Assembly (NCBI GenBank): GCA_918797485.1
Contig: CAKKNE010000003.1
Location: forward strand, 1,178,001-1,242,000
Source: Pelagomonas calceolata
Taxonomy: Eukaryota
Length of the DNA: 64,000 nt
Direction of reading: 5' to 3'
This document shows, one piece after another, positions 46,510 to 56,713 of the stretch. Every line of letters begins with the position of its first letter. Within the stretch, counting starts at the first letter, position 1. The notes under the pieces were generated by a model that saw only the letters and a program-made list of their open reading frames with translations, ran no database searches and was not told where the DNA came from. Position numbers and translations under genes: made by a program.

Positions 46510-48879
46510 ATGGCCGCGCCGCCGGACCCCGTCTCGCCGGGCAGCGCCGCGCAGACCTGGAAATTACTGACCGTAGCCCGAATCAAACCGCTCCAAGAGG
46601 GCGCCACGGCGTCCGTCATCAAGGCCGACGATTCGAGCGTCGTCGTCCACCGCGATCCGACGGAGGTCGCTGATGATGATGAGGAGGACGCGCCGGGCGG
46701 GACGGCCGCCTTCGCCCTCGACAAGGTCTGCGGCCCCGAGGCGCCGCAAGAAGAAGTCTATGGGTTGTTGAAACCCGTCGTGACGGGCGCCACCAAAGGC
46801 CGCAACGGCTGCGTCTTTGCCTACGGGCAGACCGGCTCTGGGAAGACCCACACGGTCGTGGGCGGCGACTCCTTTCGGGAAAGGGGACTGGTCCCTAGAG
46901 CCATCTCCCAGATCTTCAGGTATGCCTCGAAGCGCCAGCCGGCCAAGGTTTCCGTGTCGGCGACGTTCGCGCAGGTCTACGATGATGTTTTATACGACCT
47001 CCTGGACCCGCGGAACTCGGGAGAGAATGTCGACGACTGGGTCAAGGCTCGGGTATTGGAGGACAACGGTTCATTGAAATTTGACGGCTTGGCCGAGTAC
47101 GAGGCGGCCTCCGAGGCGGACGCTTTAAGGTTGTTATGGCTCGGCTCCGAGCGGCGGAAGACGGGCCGGACGAAGGCCAACGACCTCTCTTCTAGATCTC
47201 ACGCGGTCTTCACGTTGTACGTGTTTGATGAAGAAGCGCGCACAAGGGCCAAGCTCCACTTGGTCGACCTCGCGGGCTCGGAGCGCTTCTCGTATCGCAC
47301 GAAGGACGTGGCGTCCTTCGAGAGCCGGAACATCAACCTCAGCCTCCACCACCTGGAGCACGTCGTGCGCACGCTCTGCGAGACGTCGCCGGCGCTGTCT
47401 CCCAGAAAACATGTCCCGTACCGCAACTCGGTGCTCACGTCGATGCTCCGGGACTCGCTCGGCGGGAACTGCCGGACGGCCTTAGTTGCTACATTAGCGG
47501 CGGACGCGGAGCACGCGCGCGAGTCGGCGGCGACCTTGAGGTTCGCGCGGCGCTGCGGCGCCGTCAAGGCCGTGGCCGTGCAGCGGAACCTGGATTTGGA
47601 TCCCGGAGAACAATTGGTGGCGCGCCTGCGCGAGGAGAACCGCACGCTGCGCGCGGCCCTGCGCGAGGCCGACGGCGCCCTGACCAAGGCCGCCGACGAC
47701 GCCGACCGCGCTTTAAGAAGGGCGGCCGCCGCCGAGGCGAAGGCGCGCGACCTCCAGCAGGCCCTCGACGGCCCGCGCGGCCACCGCGCCGCGTCGACCT
47801 CCGACTCCGACGCGCCGCCGCCGCGCGCGAGCGCGCCGTCTCCGTCCCAACCGCCGCCGAACCCGCGGGACCTCCTGAGCCGCGGCGCCGTCGTCCTCAA
47901 GCACGGCCGCACGGGCCTCCAGAGCGTGCAGCCGCGCTTCGCCTGGGTCTCGGCCGAGCGCGTCCTGCGCTGGCGCCGCCTCGGCGACGGCGGCGACGGC
48001 GACGGCGACGCGTCCGGGTCCGCGCGGCTGGCCGACTACGCGGACGTCGAGGCGGGAGGCGACGTGCGCCGCAGCCGGCGGTCGTCCATGGGCGGCGCGC
48101 TCGACAGCTGCGCGCTGACGCTGATCCCGGCCGGCGAGGACCGGCCCCTCACGCTCCAGTTCGACGCGGGCAGCGCGGCCGCGTCGACGGCGCTCCGGGA
48201 CGACTGGCTCGCGGCGCTCCGGGCCGCCGTGGCCGCGGCCCAGGCCGACGATGCGGCGTCGGGGACGGTTTGCACACGCGCGCGCACGCTGCGCGCGCGC
48301 GCGCTACGCCTACGCTGCGCTACTACTAATGCCGTTCTGCCTTGCCCCCTCGATCATGGTAAGCTTCACCGCGTAGATCAGCTTGTCGCCCTTATTTCGC
48401 ATCTTGTACACGTTAGCAAAGGCGCCAGTACCGAGGAGCGACTCTTTCTTGCTCGGTTCATACGTATAAAGCGTTTCGATTCCGCCCTGTCCTGTTTGTC
48501 TTTCTCCGCCAGCGGACCTGGTGTACTCCCTCGCGGACGTCACGTTGACAAGCGCCAGTATCAAATTATTCTTGCGATCGTTAATAACGTTCCGCGCCGC
48601 TTCGCGTTCGTTCGTGTATTTCGCGTCCGCGGCGACCTCGATCGACTTTCCGAGTCCATCCAGCGTGTTCCTGACAAACTGGTCGTCGACCGCCGGATTC
48701 AGCGCCACGCTCTCCAGGAGTACTGCGAGGTCTTCGAGTCCGTTCTCGAATTCGGCTCGCTCGCCCTTGCGGAAGACGCGCTCGTCTACCTCCTCTCCGG
48801 CCCGCTTCAAGACGAACTCTTGTATCTTTTCAGCAAGTTTCTTGCAGTACGGAGCAGCGGCGCTGCCGGCCGCGATTAA
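46510..48879 (+). CDS. Kinesin (kinesin-9/KIF6-like) with coiled coil and PH-like domain; true 3' end uncertain after about 48270
   Basis: GQTGSGKT, SSRSH, LVDLAGSE, INLSLHHLE and HVPYRNSVLT. PH-like GAVVLKHGR...LRW...RDDWLAAL. Confidence 0.85.
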   Translation: MAAPPDPVSPGSAAQTWKLLTVARIKPLQEGATASVIKADDSSVVVHRDPTEVADDDEEDAPGGTAAFALDKVCGPEAPQEEVYGLLKPVVTGATKGRNGCVFAYGQTGSGKTHTVVGGDSFRERGLVPRAISQIFRYASKRQPAKVSVSATFAQVYDDVLYDLLDPRNSGENVDDWVKARVLEDNGSLKFDGLAEYEAASEADALRLLWLGSERRKTGRTKANDLSSRSHAVFTLYVFDEEARTRAKLHLVDLAGSERFSYRTKDVASFESRNINLSLHHLEHVVRTLCETSPALSPRKHVPYRNSVLTSMLRDSLGGNCRTALVATLAADAEHARESAATLRFARRCGAVKAVAVQRNLDLDPGEQLVARLREENRTLRAALREADGALTKAADDADRALRRAAAAEAKARDLQQALDGPRGHRAASTSDSDAPPPRASAPSPSQPPPNPRDLLSRGAVVLKHGRTGLQSVQPRFAWVSAERVLRWRRLGDGGDGDGDASGSARLADYADVEAGGDVRRSRRSSMGGALDSCALTLIPAGEDRPLTLQFDAGSAAASTALRDDWLAALRAAVAAAQADDAASGTVCTRARTLRARALRLRCATTNAVLPCPLDHGKLHRVDQLVALISHLVHVSKGASTEERLFLARFIRIKRFDSALSCLSFSASGPGVLPRGRHVDKRQYQIILAIVNNVPRRFAFVRVFRVRGDLDRLSESIQRVPDKLVVDRRIQRHALQEYCEVFESVLEFGSLALAEDALVYLLSGPLQDELLYLFSKFLAVRSSGAAGRD

Positions 48880-48906
48880 AACGGGCAACTCGAACACCCC
48901 TGACAT
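48310..48906 (-). pseudogene. Truncated protein kinase (helical N-domain plus subdomains I-II only)
   Basis: LLGTGAFANVYK...IYAVK is followed by a stop 16 codons later. Confidence 0.65.
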
Positions 48907-49210
48907 CGCGGCGTCGCCTTAGGAGTTTGATACCACCATGCTCCTGGACGGCACGGTCTCGATTTCGGCGCACAATGCGCACACACCCTCTCGCGATGAC
49001 AGGGGCAGCCCTGCGGCAGTTCGATTCCTCACTCGCGATGAAAAGTGCGCCGCAGCGGTGCCAGAGTGTGCCGCTTGGATCGACTGATCGAGAGACCCCC
49101 CCCCGGTTCGACGCGCAGGTGGCGCGCCACCGCGCGGAGGGCTCCGTCGTTACTTCCTCGCATAAGCCTCCCCCCTACCGAGTATCGCACGGCAGTCTAA
49201 ATATCCGATT

Positions 49211-50798
49211 TTACGTAATAAGCGGGTGCGCGTCCCCGCGGTGCAGCGCCGACCTCGCCTCGCGCAGCGAAATCTTATCATTGTGCGACGCGTCAAAGAT
49301 ATCGAAGAGGATCTCGACTTCCCGTTCTGAAGGTTTTTTTCCCGTCGCCGCCTCGAGCCGCGCGGCGATGGCCGGCCGCGTGAGGTCGCGGCAGGCGTCG
49401 TCGAAGACGTTCTCGACCGTCGCCATGTTCGCGAGTAGGGAGGTGAGGGCCTCGCGGTCGTCGGCTGCGTGCCGTGCACGCTGCTCGATGCTTTTTTGGG
49501 AGCGCATTGCCGCGTGGAAGCCGGCGACGACCTGTGTGGAAATCAACCAGTGCGCCGGGCACCAGATAATTCTTCACACAGGCGATGACGGCAGCGCCGA
49601 CGAGGCCCGAGCCCGCCGTGACAGCCCCAAACGCCAGCGGCGCCTCCTCGATGCCCGACACCAGGTTCATCCCGAAGATGCCCGCGATCGACGTCGTGGC
49701 CGCGAGGCCGACAGCGGACATTGACAAGTAAAGATTGAATATGTGTGGAAAATAAAATGTCAGGCGCCCCACGCCATCGACGCGACGTTGGCTCTGTAAC
49801 TGCGTCTGCTCGATGGCGTGTTGTGTGGAAATCAGATGTCAGGCGCCCCGCGCCATCGACGCGACGTTGGCTCCGAGCGTCTGCTCGATGGCGTAGCGGT
49901 TCTACGCCATCGACGAGGTTCGCGAAGGCCTCCGTAATGATTTCCACACCGCATCGCGCTTGATAATATTGTTCCGGTTCAAATCGATCGTCACCCGCCC
50001 CAGCTCCGTCGCCGCCTGGACCTTGCCCCGCAGCTCGGCCACGTCGCCGGCGACGGCCGACAGCCGCCGGTGGTAGGCCTCCAGCAGCAGCTCGACGACG
50101 CCGTGGCGCTCCGGATCCACACTCGTCCCGGCCCGCCGCTCGCTCAGGAGCAGCCCGAGCATATCTTCATCGGAAGCTAACAACTCGTCCAGGACCTGCA
50201 AAGCCTGCCTCGTCTCGGCCTCGAAGGACATGAGCGCCCCGTCGAACGCCGACAACCGGTGCAGGCCGTCGACGCCGAACCCGTCGAACTCGCACGACGC
50301 CTCGCGCAGCTGCTTCTGGACCACGGGCTCGTAGAGGTCCCGCCTCCGCTGGAAGGACGACGACACCTCGGCGAGCACGGCCTCGAGCACCGCAAGCTCG
50401 AACGCCGGCGCCTTATAATGTTGAAACGCGAACTCGACGGAGGCCCCGATCCGCCGCAACGCGGCCCGCGGCCGCTCCTCGCCCCCATTGTCGAAGAAGA
50501 GCGCCTCGTCGGCATTTATGACGGCTGTCAGGCCGCCGAGCTGGAGGAGCACGGCCTTGTCGCGCGGCAGCACGCAGGCCCGGCGCTGCCGTCGTGTCCG
50601 CTCCCCAATATCCAAATTCAAGAGGTCGCGCAGCGGCGCGCCCGTCGTCTTCCGCAGCGTCGCGAGGTCGACGGCTCGGGGCGTCAGCGACCCGCTCGGG
50701 TCGACGGCCACGGCGCGGATCGATTCCGGCGTCGCGATGCGCCGCCTTTGCGTTATGATGTGGCGCCGCAGGTGCGTCGCGGCGGCGGCGCGGAGCAT
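49211..50798 (-). CDS. MRS2: MRS2/CorA magnesium transporter with a C-terminal EF-hand (introns 49532-49589 and about 49741-49959)
   Basis: RDL motif, PAFELAVLEAVL, VELLLEAY, DLNRN, IAGIFGMNL and LFDIFDASHNDKISLRE. Confidence 0.88.
49532..49581. mobile_element. Mini introner, 50 bp
   Basis: CTGTGTGGAAATCA...TTCTTCACACAG. TSD GCGACGAC and GCGATGAC match at 7 of 8 positions. GT donor lies in the TSD at 49589. Confidence 0.9.
49741..49951. mobile_element. Introner with an internal tandem duplication and mutated termini
   Basis: ATGTGTGGAAAATAA...TGATTTCCACACCG. The left 75 bp or so is repeated (49742-49819, 49822-49893). Strongly similar to the 10729 element. Confidence 0.9.
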
Positions 50799-51273
50799 CG
50801 CTGCGATCGATGAGGAGTTCTGTGGGCGGTCGTACGGCTCTGGAGCTCGCAGTGAGTGAGCCTCTAGTGAGAGTGCAGCTTTAACGCAAACGTCAAGTGT
50901 GGAACTGCTAGCTTCGATCTATGCGAACAAAATGATGCGAAACCACTCGTCGTGTTCTATATACGGTCGTGCGCCGCGAACAGCGGCCAGGCAGCTCGAT
51001 GATAGCTCAGAGTGACGGGTTTTCGCCTCGATGGCATCGCTACAGCGGGACCGACCTCCTCGGGAGACGCACAATTCCCGCGGATTCCTCCGGATTTCGC
51101 TCTCCCTGCAGCGCCAAAAAAAAAAGAGCGCTCTGCTTGCTTGTGCAACAATCTGTTAAGGCGTGGGACCTCCTGCATCGAACCGCGAGGCAGCCCTCCC
51201 GTCGAACGACCGTCCGAGCGCCGGCGACGCGCTCCGACCGCGAGGCAGCCCCTCGTCAACGCACGGTACCACC

Positions 51274-51786
51274 ATGGGCAAGCACCGGGTCATCCCCTGC
51301 GCCGCGCCGGCGGACCCCGACGCCCTGCTCGACGACGCCACGGCGCGCGAGCACATCGACACGCTGCGCGACGTCACGACCGAGATCGCACGCACGGTCG
51401 CTGGTTTGGACGGCCGCGCGACGCCGGCCGACGTCCAGCAAAAGCTCGCCGCGGTCCTCGCGGGCGCGGCGCCGCCGTCGCCGGACCTGAAAAGCGCGCG
51501 CCGGCGGGACGACCTCGAGCGCGCGCTGCGGTCCGTCGACGACCTGCGGCGCGCCGTCCGCCGCGGCGACGGCGACGTCGACCTCGACGCGCTGCTCGAC
51601 GCGATGCCGCGGGGCGTCGTCGTCGCGTCGCCCCCGCCGCCGGCGCCGCTACCACGCGGCGAGCCAGAGGCGCCGTCGACGCCGCGCGCCGAGCCGGACC
51701 CGCCGTCTACGCCGCCGCGACGCCGGCGCTTTTCGCTCTCGAGGATGTTCGGCGACGCGTACCGGCGCGGCGCGGGCGTGCGATAA
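51274..51786 (+). CDS. Hypothetical protein
   Basis: ACCATGG start context and high-GC3 coding-like ORF. Confidence 0.55.
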   Translation: MGKHRVIPCAAPADPDALLDDATAREHIDTLRDVTTEIARTVAGLDGRATPADVQQKLAAVLAGAAPPSPDLKSARRRDDLERALRSVDDLRRAVRRGDGDVDLDALLDAMPRGVVVASPPPPAPLPRGEPEAPSTPRAEPDPPSTPPRRRRFSLSRMFGDAYRRGAGVR

Positions 51787-51815
51787 ATATCGGATTCACA
51801 ACACAATTAGATAAG

Positions 51816-52742
51816 CTAGTCGCGCTTGCGCCTCTTCTTCTTGCGGCCGAAGAGACGTTGCAGGTTGTGCGCCAGCGCCTTCACGGCAAACGCCAGGAAG
51901 AGCGCGAGGAAAAGCGCGACGACTGGCGCCAGCACGAGCGCTCCGCCGAGCCCGCTCGCGCCGAGCCGCGTCGCGAAGTAGGCGAGGCGTTCGACCGTCC
52001 GCCACAGAAGGCCGCCCGAGCCATCACCATCAAGAAAACCGAGGCGGTTGAGGCGCTCCGCCGCCGACTTCTCGACCTCGGCGCATTCCCTCTCCGAGAG
52101 GCCCGAGCCGGCGCAGACCGCCTCCGTGATCGCGGGCAGTAAATCCGCCGCGTTCGGAGCCGTGCCCTTGTGCGCCGCGTCGTCGACCGCCGCGAGGATC
52201 GACGGCGTGTTCACGACGCGGTCGACCAGATCCGCGAAGCCTTCCGACTGCAGCATGTCGTCGAGCTGCGCGGACAGCTCCTCGTCGTCCGTGGTGCCGT
52301 CGCCGAGGCGCAGCTTCTCGTCCATCCCCAGCAAGCCGCCCGAGCCCTCCGCGCCGACGGCGAGCGACGTGACCATCTTGCGCATCGCCGGCGACTTGAG
52401 CATGCCCCGCGCGAGCTGGCCGAGCGACGGCGGCTCCTTCGTCAAACGCTCGCGCGCGAAGGCGTCGACGGCGCTCACGAAGCGCTCGAAGCGCGCCGCG
52501 TCGAGGCCCTCCTCTTCACTGTTCTCGGTCGCGTAGACCCACGACGCCGCGAACTCCTCGTCGGTGACCTGTTCTCTATATGCGCTGCGCTCGGCCCAGT
52601 CGAGCACGGCGTCGGCCGGCGCAATGACTTGTTCGAATTTCGCGAACTCGGCGCGCGCCTGCACGGCGAGCTCGTCGTCGACCTTGAGCTCCAGCACGTC
52701 GGCTGCTGCGAGCGCGAGCAGGAGCCAGCATATGCTGCCCAT
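51816..52742 (-). CDS. Hypothetical type I membrane protein
   Basis: Signal peptide WLLLALAAA, a C-terminal TM helix and a basic tail RKKKRRKRD. Confidence 0.65.
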   Translation of the reverse strand: MGSICWLLLALAAADVLELKVDDELAVQARAEFAKFEQVIAPADAVLDWAERSAYREQVTDEEFAASWVYATENSEEEGLDAARFERFVSAVDAFARERLTKEPPSLGQLARGMLKSPAMRKMVTSLAVGAEGSGGLLGMDEKLRLGDGTTDDEELSAQLDDMLQSEGFADLVDRVVNTPSILAAVDDAAHKGTAPNAADLLPAITEAVCAGSGLSERECAEVEKSAAERLNRLGFLDGDGSGGLLWRTVERLAYFATRLGASGLGGALVLAPVVALFLALFLAFAVKALAHNLQRLFGRKKKRRKRD

Positions 52743-52843
52743 GCTTGCCAGAAGCGGGCAGCTTCCACTTATGCTGCCAGTTAGGCTGCAACCGGAGCTA
52801 AAAGGGCAGCACACCAGCATACACAAAAGTGAGGGCTGCTTGC

Positions 52844-52864
52844 CTAGTGTCTTACAACCGCTAG
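52844..52864 (+). promoter_or_regulatory. Recurrent intergenic CTAG-TGTCTTAC motif
   Basis: CTAGTGTCTTACAACCGCTAG between divergent genes. Confidence 0.6.
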
Positions 52865-53245
52865 TGACGGGAAATTATGCGAGTAAGGAAAGAAGAATGC
52901 GATACTCACGCGAGGCTTCCTTCGAGGCTTCCTGTCGTGGAGCTCCGGAGCCATTGTCTCAGCCATTCATTGCGTTGGTCCAATCCACTGGACACCGCAA
53001 AAACGCTCAGGTATGTAAATTCGTACCAGCGCGCGTTCTCTGGCAACGTCGCAAGCTAACAAGTCAAGATACGTCGCGTCGCCTGGCGAAAAAGCCCCCG
53101 ATTCTGAGCACAACACACGACTCTGTTGCAAAGCAAGGGCAATTAGCCACAAACGCGCGACACGAACGCGACAAACGCCGCGCGAGTGAGCCTCCACAAT
53201 TGCACGAAACGACGCGACAACGACAAACGACCGCGCAAGAGAGAA

Positions 53246-53987
53246 ATGAGCCGAGCCACGCGCGGCTCGGCGCGGCAAGCAGCGCGACGGCAGGCGGCCG
53301 AGGCGGCCGCGCCGGAGCCCGCCGCGGCGCCGGCGCCGCCCGTGAGCCTCGGCGAGCCCGTGACCTCGGGCATTGATCTGACGGGAACGTGGAAGCTCGA
53401 CATGACGCGATCCGAGCCCCTCGATCCCTACTTAAGGGCCATGGGCCTCGCCGACATGGCCGTCGCCGGCAACCGTGCACAAATCAAATTTCGCGGCGCT
53501 TCTCGAATCAGGACCAGCACGCCATCGACGCGACCTCTGCTCGACGACGTCACGTCGACGTGGGCACTCGACTCACTGGTTGATTTGCGCACAGGCGGGT
53601 AATCGCCAGAAGGAGGAAACCACCCCCACATTCTACGACATCCGCCAGACGACGACGACGCTGAGCCAGCGCAAGATCAACTGGTTCGGCGAGTCGTCGC
53701 GCCTCCTCGAGTTCGACCGGCCCCTGACGGAGCCCGGCGCGTCGAAGCTGACCAAGGTCTTCCTCGCGAGGCGCACGGCCGACGCCGTCACCATCTCGAC
53801 CGATTTGGGGCAGCGGCGCCAGCTCGTCGACACGCGGACCCTCGAGCGGACCTACGTCGACGGCGACACGATCAAGATGGAGCTCGTGCTCACGACGGCG
53901 CGCGGCGACACCGTGCGCATCACGCGCTACCTCGTCCGGTCGGCATTGCCCGCTGCGCCCGCGCCCGCGCCGGCCGCGCCCGGATAA
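53246..53987 (+). CDS. Calycin/FABP-like protein (GC-AG intron 53465-53594)
   Basis: DLTGTWKLD..RSEPLDPYLRAMGL matches the FABP N-terminal GxW signature. Splicing gives MAV|AGNRQKE. Confidence 0.65.
53473..53594. mobile_element. Introner element, 122 bp
   Basis: CCGTGCACAAATCAA...TTGATTTGCGCACAG. TSD GCCGGCAA and GCGGGTAA match at 6 of 8 positions. Confidence 0.85.
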
Positions 53988-54001
53988 ATCCCATGTTTAT
54001 A

Positions 54002-54688
54002 CTAGCTCTCCAACAAGGCCGCGACCCACGCGCGGTCGTCGTCCCGGAGCTCGTCCGACGCGACGAGCCAGACCAGGTCGTTCGATGCGACGGCCGCGGC
54101 CGTATCGGCACCACCAAGCGCGTCGAAGAGGTCCGGCGCGTCCCGCCGCCGCACCGTGTCGCCGGCTATGCGTCCGAAACTAGATGAGGGCGGCGTGCGC
54201 TCCGCACACAGGACTCTCCCGTCACCATCAACCAACGCGACGAAGGCCGCGTCGGGAAAGGCCGCGCGCACGGCGCCGCAGGCCCACGCCGCGTCGGCCG
54301 GCGCGCCTTCGGCGACGACGGGCGCGCCGCCGCGGTAGGCCGAAAGCTCGTCCTCCGCCTTGCTGGCGGGCAGCACATACGGCAAAACGACGCCCGCGCT
54401 CGCGAAGGCCGCGACGCACTCGGACACGCGCACGGCCAGCGGCGCGTCTCCGGAGGTCGCGATCGAGAGGCCCGAGAGCACGAGCAACCCGCCCCCCAGC
54501 GCGATGCGCAGCTTCGCGCCCTCGAGGCCGGGAATGAAGAAGCCGCCGCCCCGCTCGATGGCCGCGCTCGGTCGTATGTAAAAGCCCTTCGCCTGCTTGC
54601 CGATGTCGTCCTCGCTTCTTTTGGCGTGCAGGCGCGTGCTGAGTGGCCGCAGGGCGGTCGCTGCTACTGCGAGCGCTACGAGTTTCAT
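54002..54688 (-). CDS. CCB2/CCB4-family cytochrome b6f heme-assembly factor (plastid)
   Basis: Plastid-type leader, then YIRPSAAIERGGGFFIPGLEG.KLR, two TM helices and a small GAF-like C-domain. Confidence 0.6.
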   Translation of the reverse strand: MKLVALAVAATALRPLSTRLHAKRSEDDIGKQAKGFYIRPSAAIERGGGFFIPGLEGAKLRIALGGGLLVLSGLSIATSGDAPLAVRVSECVAAFASAGVVLPYVLPASKAEDELSAYRGGAPVVAEGAPADAAWACGAVRAAFPDAAFVALVDGDGRVLCAERTPPSSSFGRIAGDTVRRRDAPDLFDALGGADTAAAVASNDLVWLVASDELRDDDRAWVAALLES

Positions 54689-55005
54689 TTTTTATCACGC
54701 GTTTCGTCGATCGCGCCGCTGTGCTGGAGGAGGCTGCAGGCTGCTCTCTCTCTGTGTTTTGTGCACAGTGTGTGTTGTGCTTTTGGCTTCAACGCTTCGA
54801 CGGCGTTGGTGCTGTTTCAGTTATGATTGATTCCTATCAATACGCTCGTGTGGACGGTCTGCGGGCGTGGCACTCAGCGCTTGGTGCTGCTGCAGCAGCC
54901 TGAGGCTGAGCTCGCAGAGCCCTGGCTTGGGTCCTACTGGTCCCTTGCGGAGGTTCGGACGGGTGTGAGGACCCAGACCACTCGTTCGGGAAGCAAAATT
55001 CAAAT

Positions 55006-55028
55006 GCTAGTGCCTCTCCACCGCTAGC
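55006..55028 (+). promoter_or_regulatory. Recurrent intergenic CTAG motif (variant)
   Basis: GCTAGTGCCTCTCCACCGCTAGC between divergent genes. Confidence 0.5.
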
Positions 55029-55242
55029 TGCATCTCCGCCGCGCCCCACCGATTTTGAAATTACTGGGCAACGCGGGACTGCCACAGCACGTCACTTGGA
55101 CAGCACTGGTCAATTTGCCTTCTGTAGCCGTGCGCGTAAAATCCAGCGCCCGAGACGCGCGCAAATTGCCTCAGCACTCAAATTCGACTCGAGGAGTGCC
55201 AGCCCGCTCGCCGCGCGGCGCACGAAACAACGCAGGAGTATT

Positions 55243-55320
55243 ACGCCATCGCCGCGCGCGCGCAAAATACAGACGACGCCATCGCCGCGCAAAATACAGA
55301 CGCGCGCCATCGCCGCGCCA
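55243..55320. repeat. Short tandem repeat upstream of RFC3
   Basis: Two copies of CGCCATCGCCGCGC..AAAATACAGACG plus a partial third copy. Confidence 0.8.
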
Positions 55321-55366
55321 CCGTGCCACCGCACACACGCGAGCCGCCGCCCGCAGGCCGTCCACG

Positions 55367-56437
55367 ATGCTCTGGGTCGACAAGCACCGGCCGACGGCCT
55401 TGGAGAAGTTGAGCTACCATGCGGAGCTCGGCGAGCGGTTGGGTTCTATGGCCGAGGACGGGGACATTCCTCATCTGTTGTTTTACGGGCCGTCGGGCGC
55501 GGGCAAGAAGACGCGCGTCCAATGTTTGCTGAAGGCTTTATATGGTGCCGGTGCCGAGAAGCAGCGCCTCGAACATAGGGAGTTCAAAACGCCGACGAAC
55601 AAAACGATCGAGGTCACTACCGTAGCTTCGAACTACCACATCGAGATGAACCCTTCGGACGCGGGCAACAACGACCGCTTCGTCGTGCAGGAGGTCATCA
55701 AGGAGATCGCGCAGTCCGGTTCGGTGCTCGCCAAGACGGGCGCGCAGAAGAAGGGCCCCGCGTTCAAGGTTATTCTGATGGTGGAAGTGGACCGGCTCTC
55801 GAGACAAGCGCAGGCCGGCTTAAGGAGGACCATGGAGAAATCGTCGTCGGCTTGTAGACTCGTGATGATCTGCACGAACCCTTCCAAAGTTATTGATCCT
55901 ATAAGATCGAGATGCCTGGGCATTCGCATCGCGGCTCCCTCCGAGGAGGAGATCGTAGGTGTCTTACACGAGGTCTGCGAGAAGGAGCGCCTCACGTTGC
56001 CCGACGAGCTCGCCGCGCGCATCGCCAAGTCCTCGGGCCGGAACCTGAGAAGGGCGATTCTAGCCTTAGAGGAGTGCAAGGTGGCCCAATACCCATTCAA
56101 TCCATCAATGCCGGTGCCCCAGCCCGACTGGGAGGTCTACATCAAGGCCATCGCCCAGGATATATGTAGGGAGCAGTCGCCGGCGCGCCTCGTCGCGACG
56201 CGCGACAAGTTGTATGAGTTATTGGCCAAGTGCATCCCCGCGGACGTCATCCTCAAGGAGCTCTGCGCGGAGCTCGTCTCGAAATTAGATGACGAGCTCA
56301 AGCCCCAGGTCATGGCCTGCGCGGCCTTCTACGAGCACCGCGTCCAGCAGGGCTCCAAGGAGATCTTCCACCTCGAGGCCTTCGTGGCCAAGTTCATGGT
56401 GATCTACAAGAAGTTCATGGACGCGATGTTCGCGTAG
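55367..56437 (+). CDS. RFC3: Replication factor C subunit 3 (human RFC3 / yeast Rfc5 type)
   Basis: MLWVDKHRP, PHLLFYGPSGAGKKT, LRRTMEK, IRSRC and IFHLEAFVAKFM. Confidence 0.95.
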   Translation: MLWVDKHRPTALEKLSYHAELGERLGSMAEDGDIPHLLFYGPSGAGKKTRVQCLLKALYGAGAEKQRLEHREFKTPTNKTIEVTTVASNYHIEMNPSDAGNNDRFVVQEVIKEIAQSGSVLAKTGAQKKGPAFKVILMVEVDRLSRQAQAGLRRTMEKSSSACRLVMICTNPSKVIDPIRSRCLGIRIAAPSEEEIVGVLHEVCEKERLTLPDELAARIAKSSGRNLRRAILALEECKVAQYPFNPSMPVPQPDWEVYIKAIAQDICREQSPARLVATRDKLYELLAKCIPADVILKELCAELVSKLDDELKPQVMACAAFYEHRVQQGSKEIFHLEAFVAKFMVIYKKFMDAMFA

Positions 56438-56506
56438 TCGTGGCGCTTCGGGTAAATTATGTTTCGCTTTCTTAGGCTCGATACTTGCCGTCCGACACCG
56501 CGTCGG

Positions 56507-56713
56507 CTAGCGACGGGGCGGAGTCCGGCATGGATCGGATGGCGGCGGCGTTTCGCGGGCGCCGAGCGCGGCTCGCGCGTCTCGCAGGGATAGCTCAATG
56601 TCCACTGTGTGCGGGTGCGCACTCCCGAACACGCGTCGCGCGGTCCGTTCGACCCCGTCGAGCGTCGTCACGGCCTCGCGGAGATCGTTGAGCGTGGCGG
56701 CGGGGTCCGTGTA
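56507..56713 (-). pseudogene. 3' remnant of a helical-repeat (TPR-like) multigene-family member
   Basis: Reads [56 protein letters not shown] with no start codon, and abuts the inverted H2B piece. Confidence 0.6.

Noticed and set aside
20798..48270. Fused kinase and kinesin-9 as a functional flagellar gene cluster
   Set aside because: They are more than 20 kb apart with unrelated genes between them, so the co-location is probably chance.
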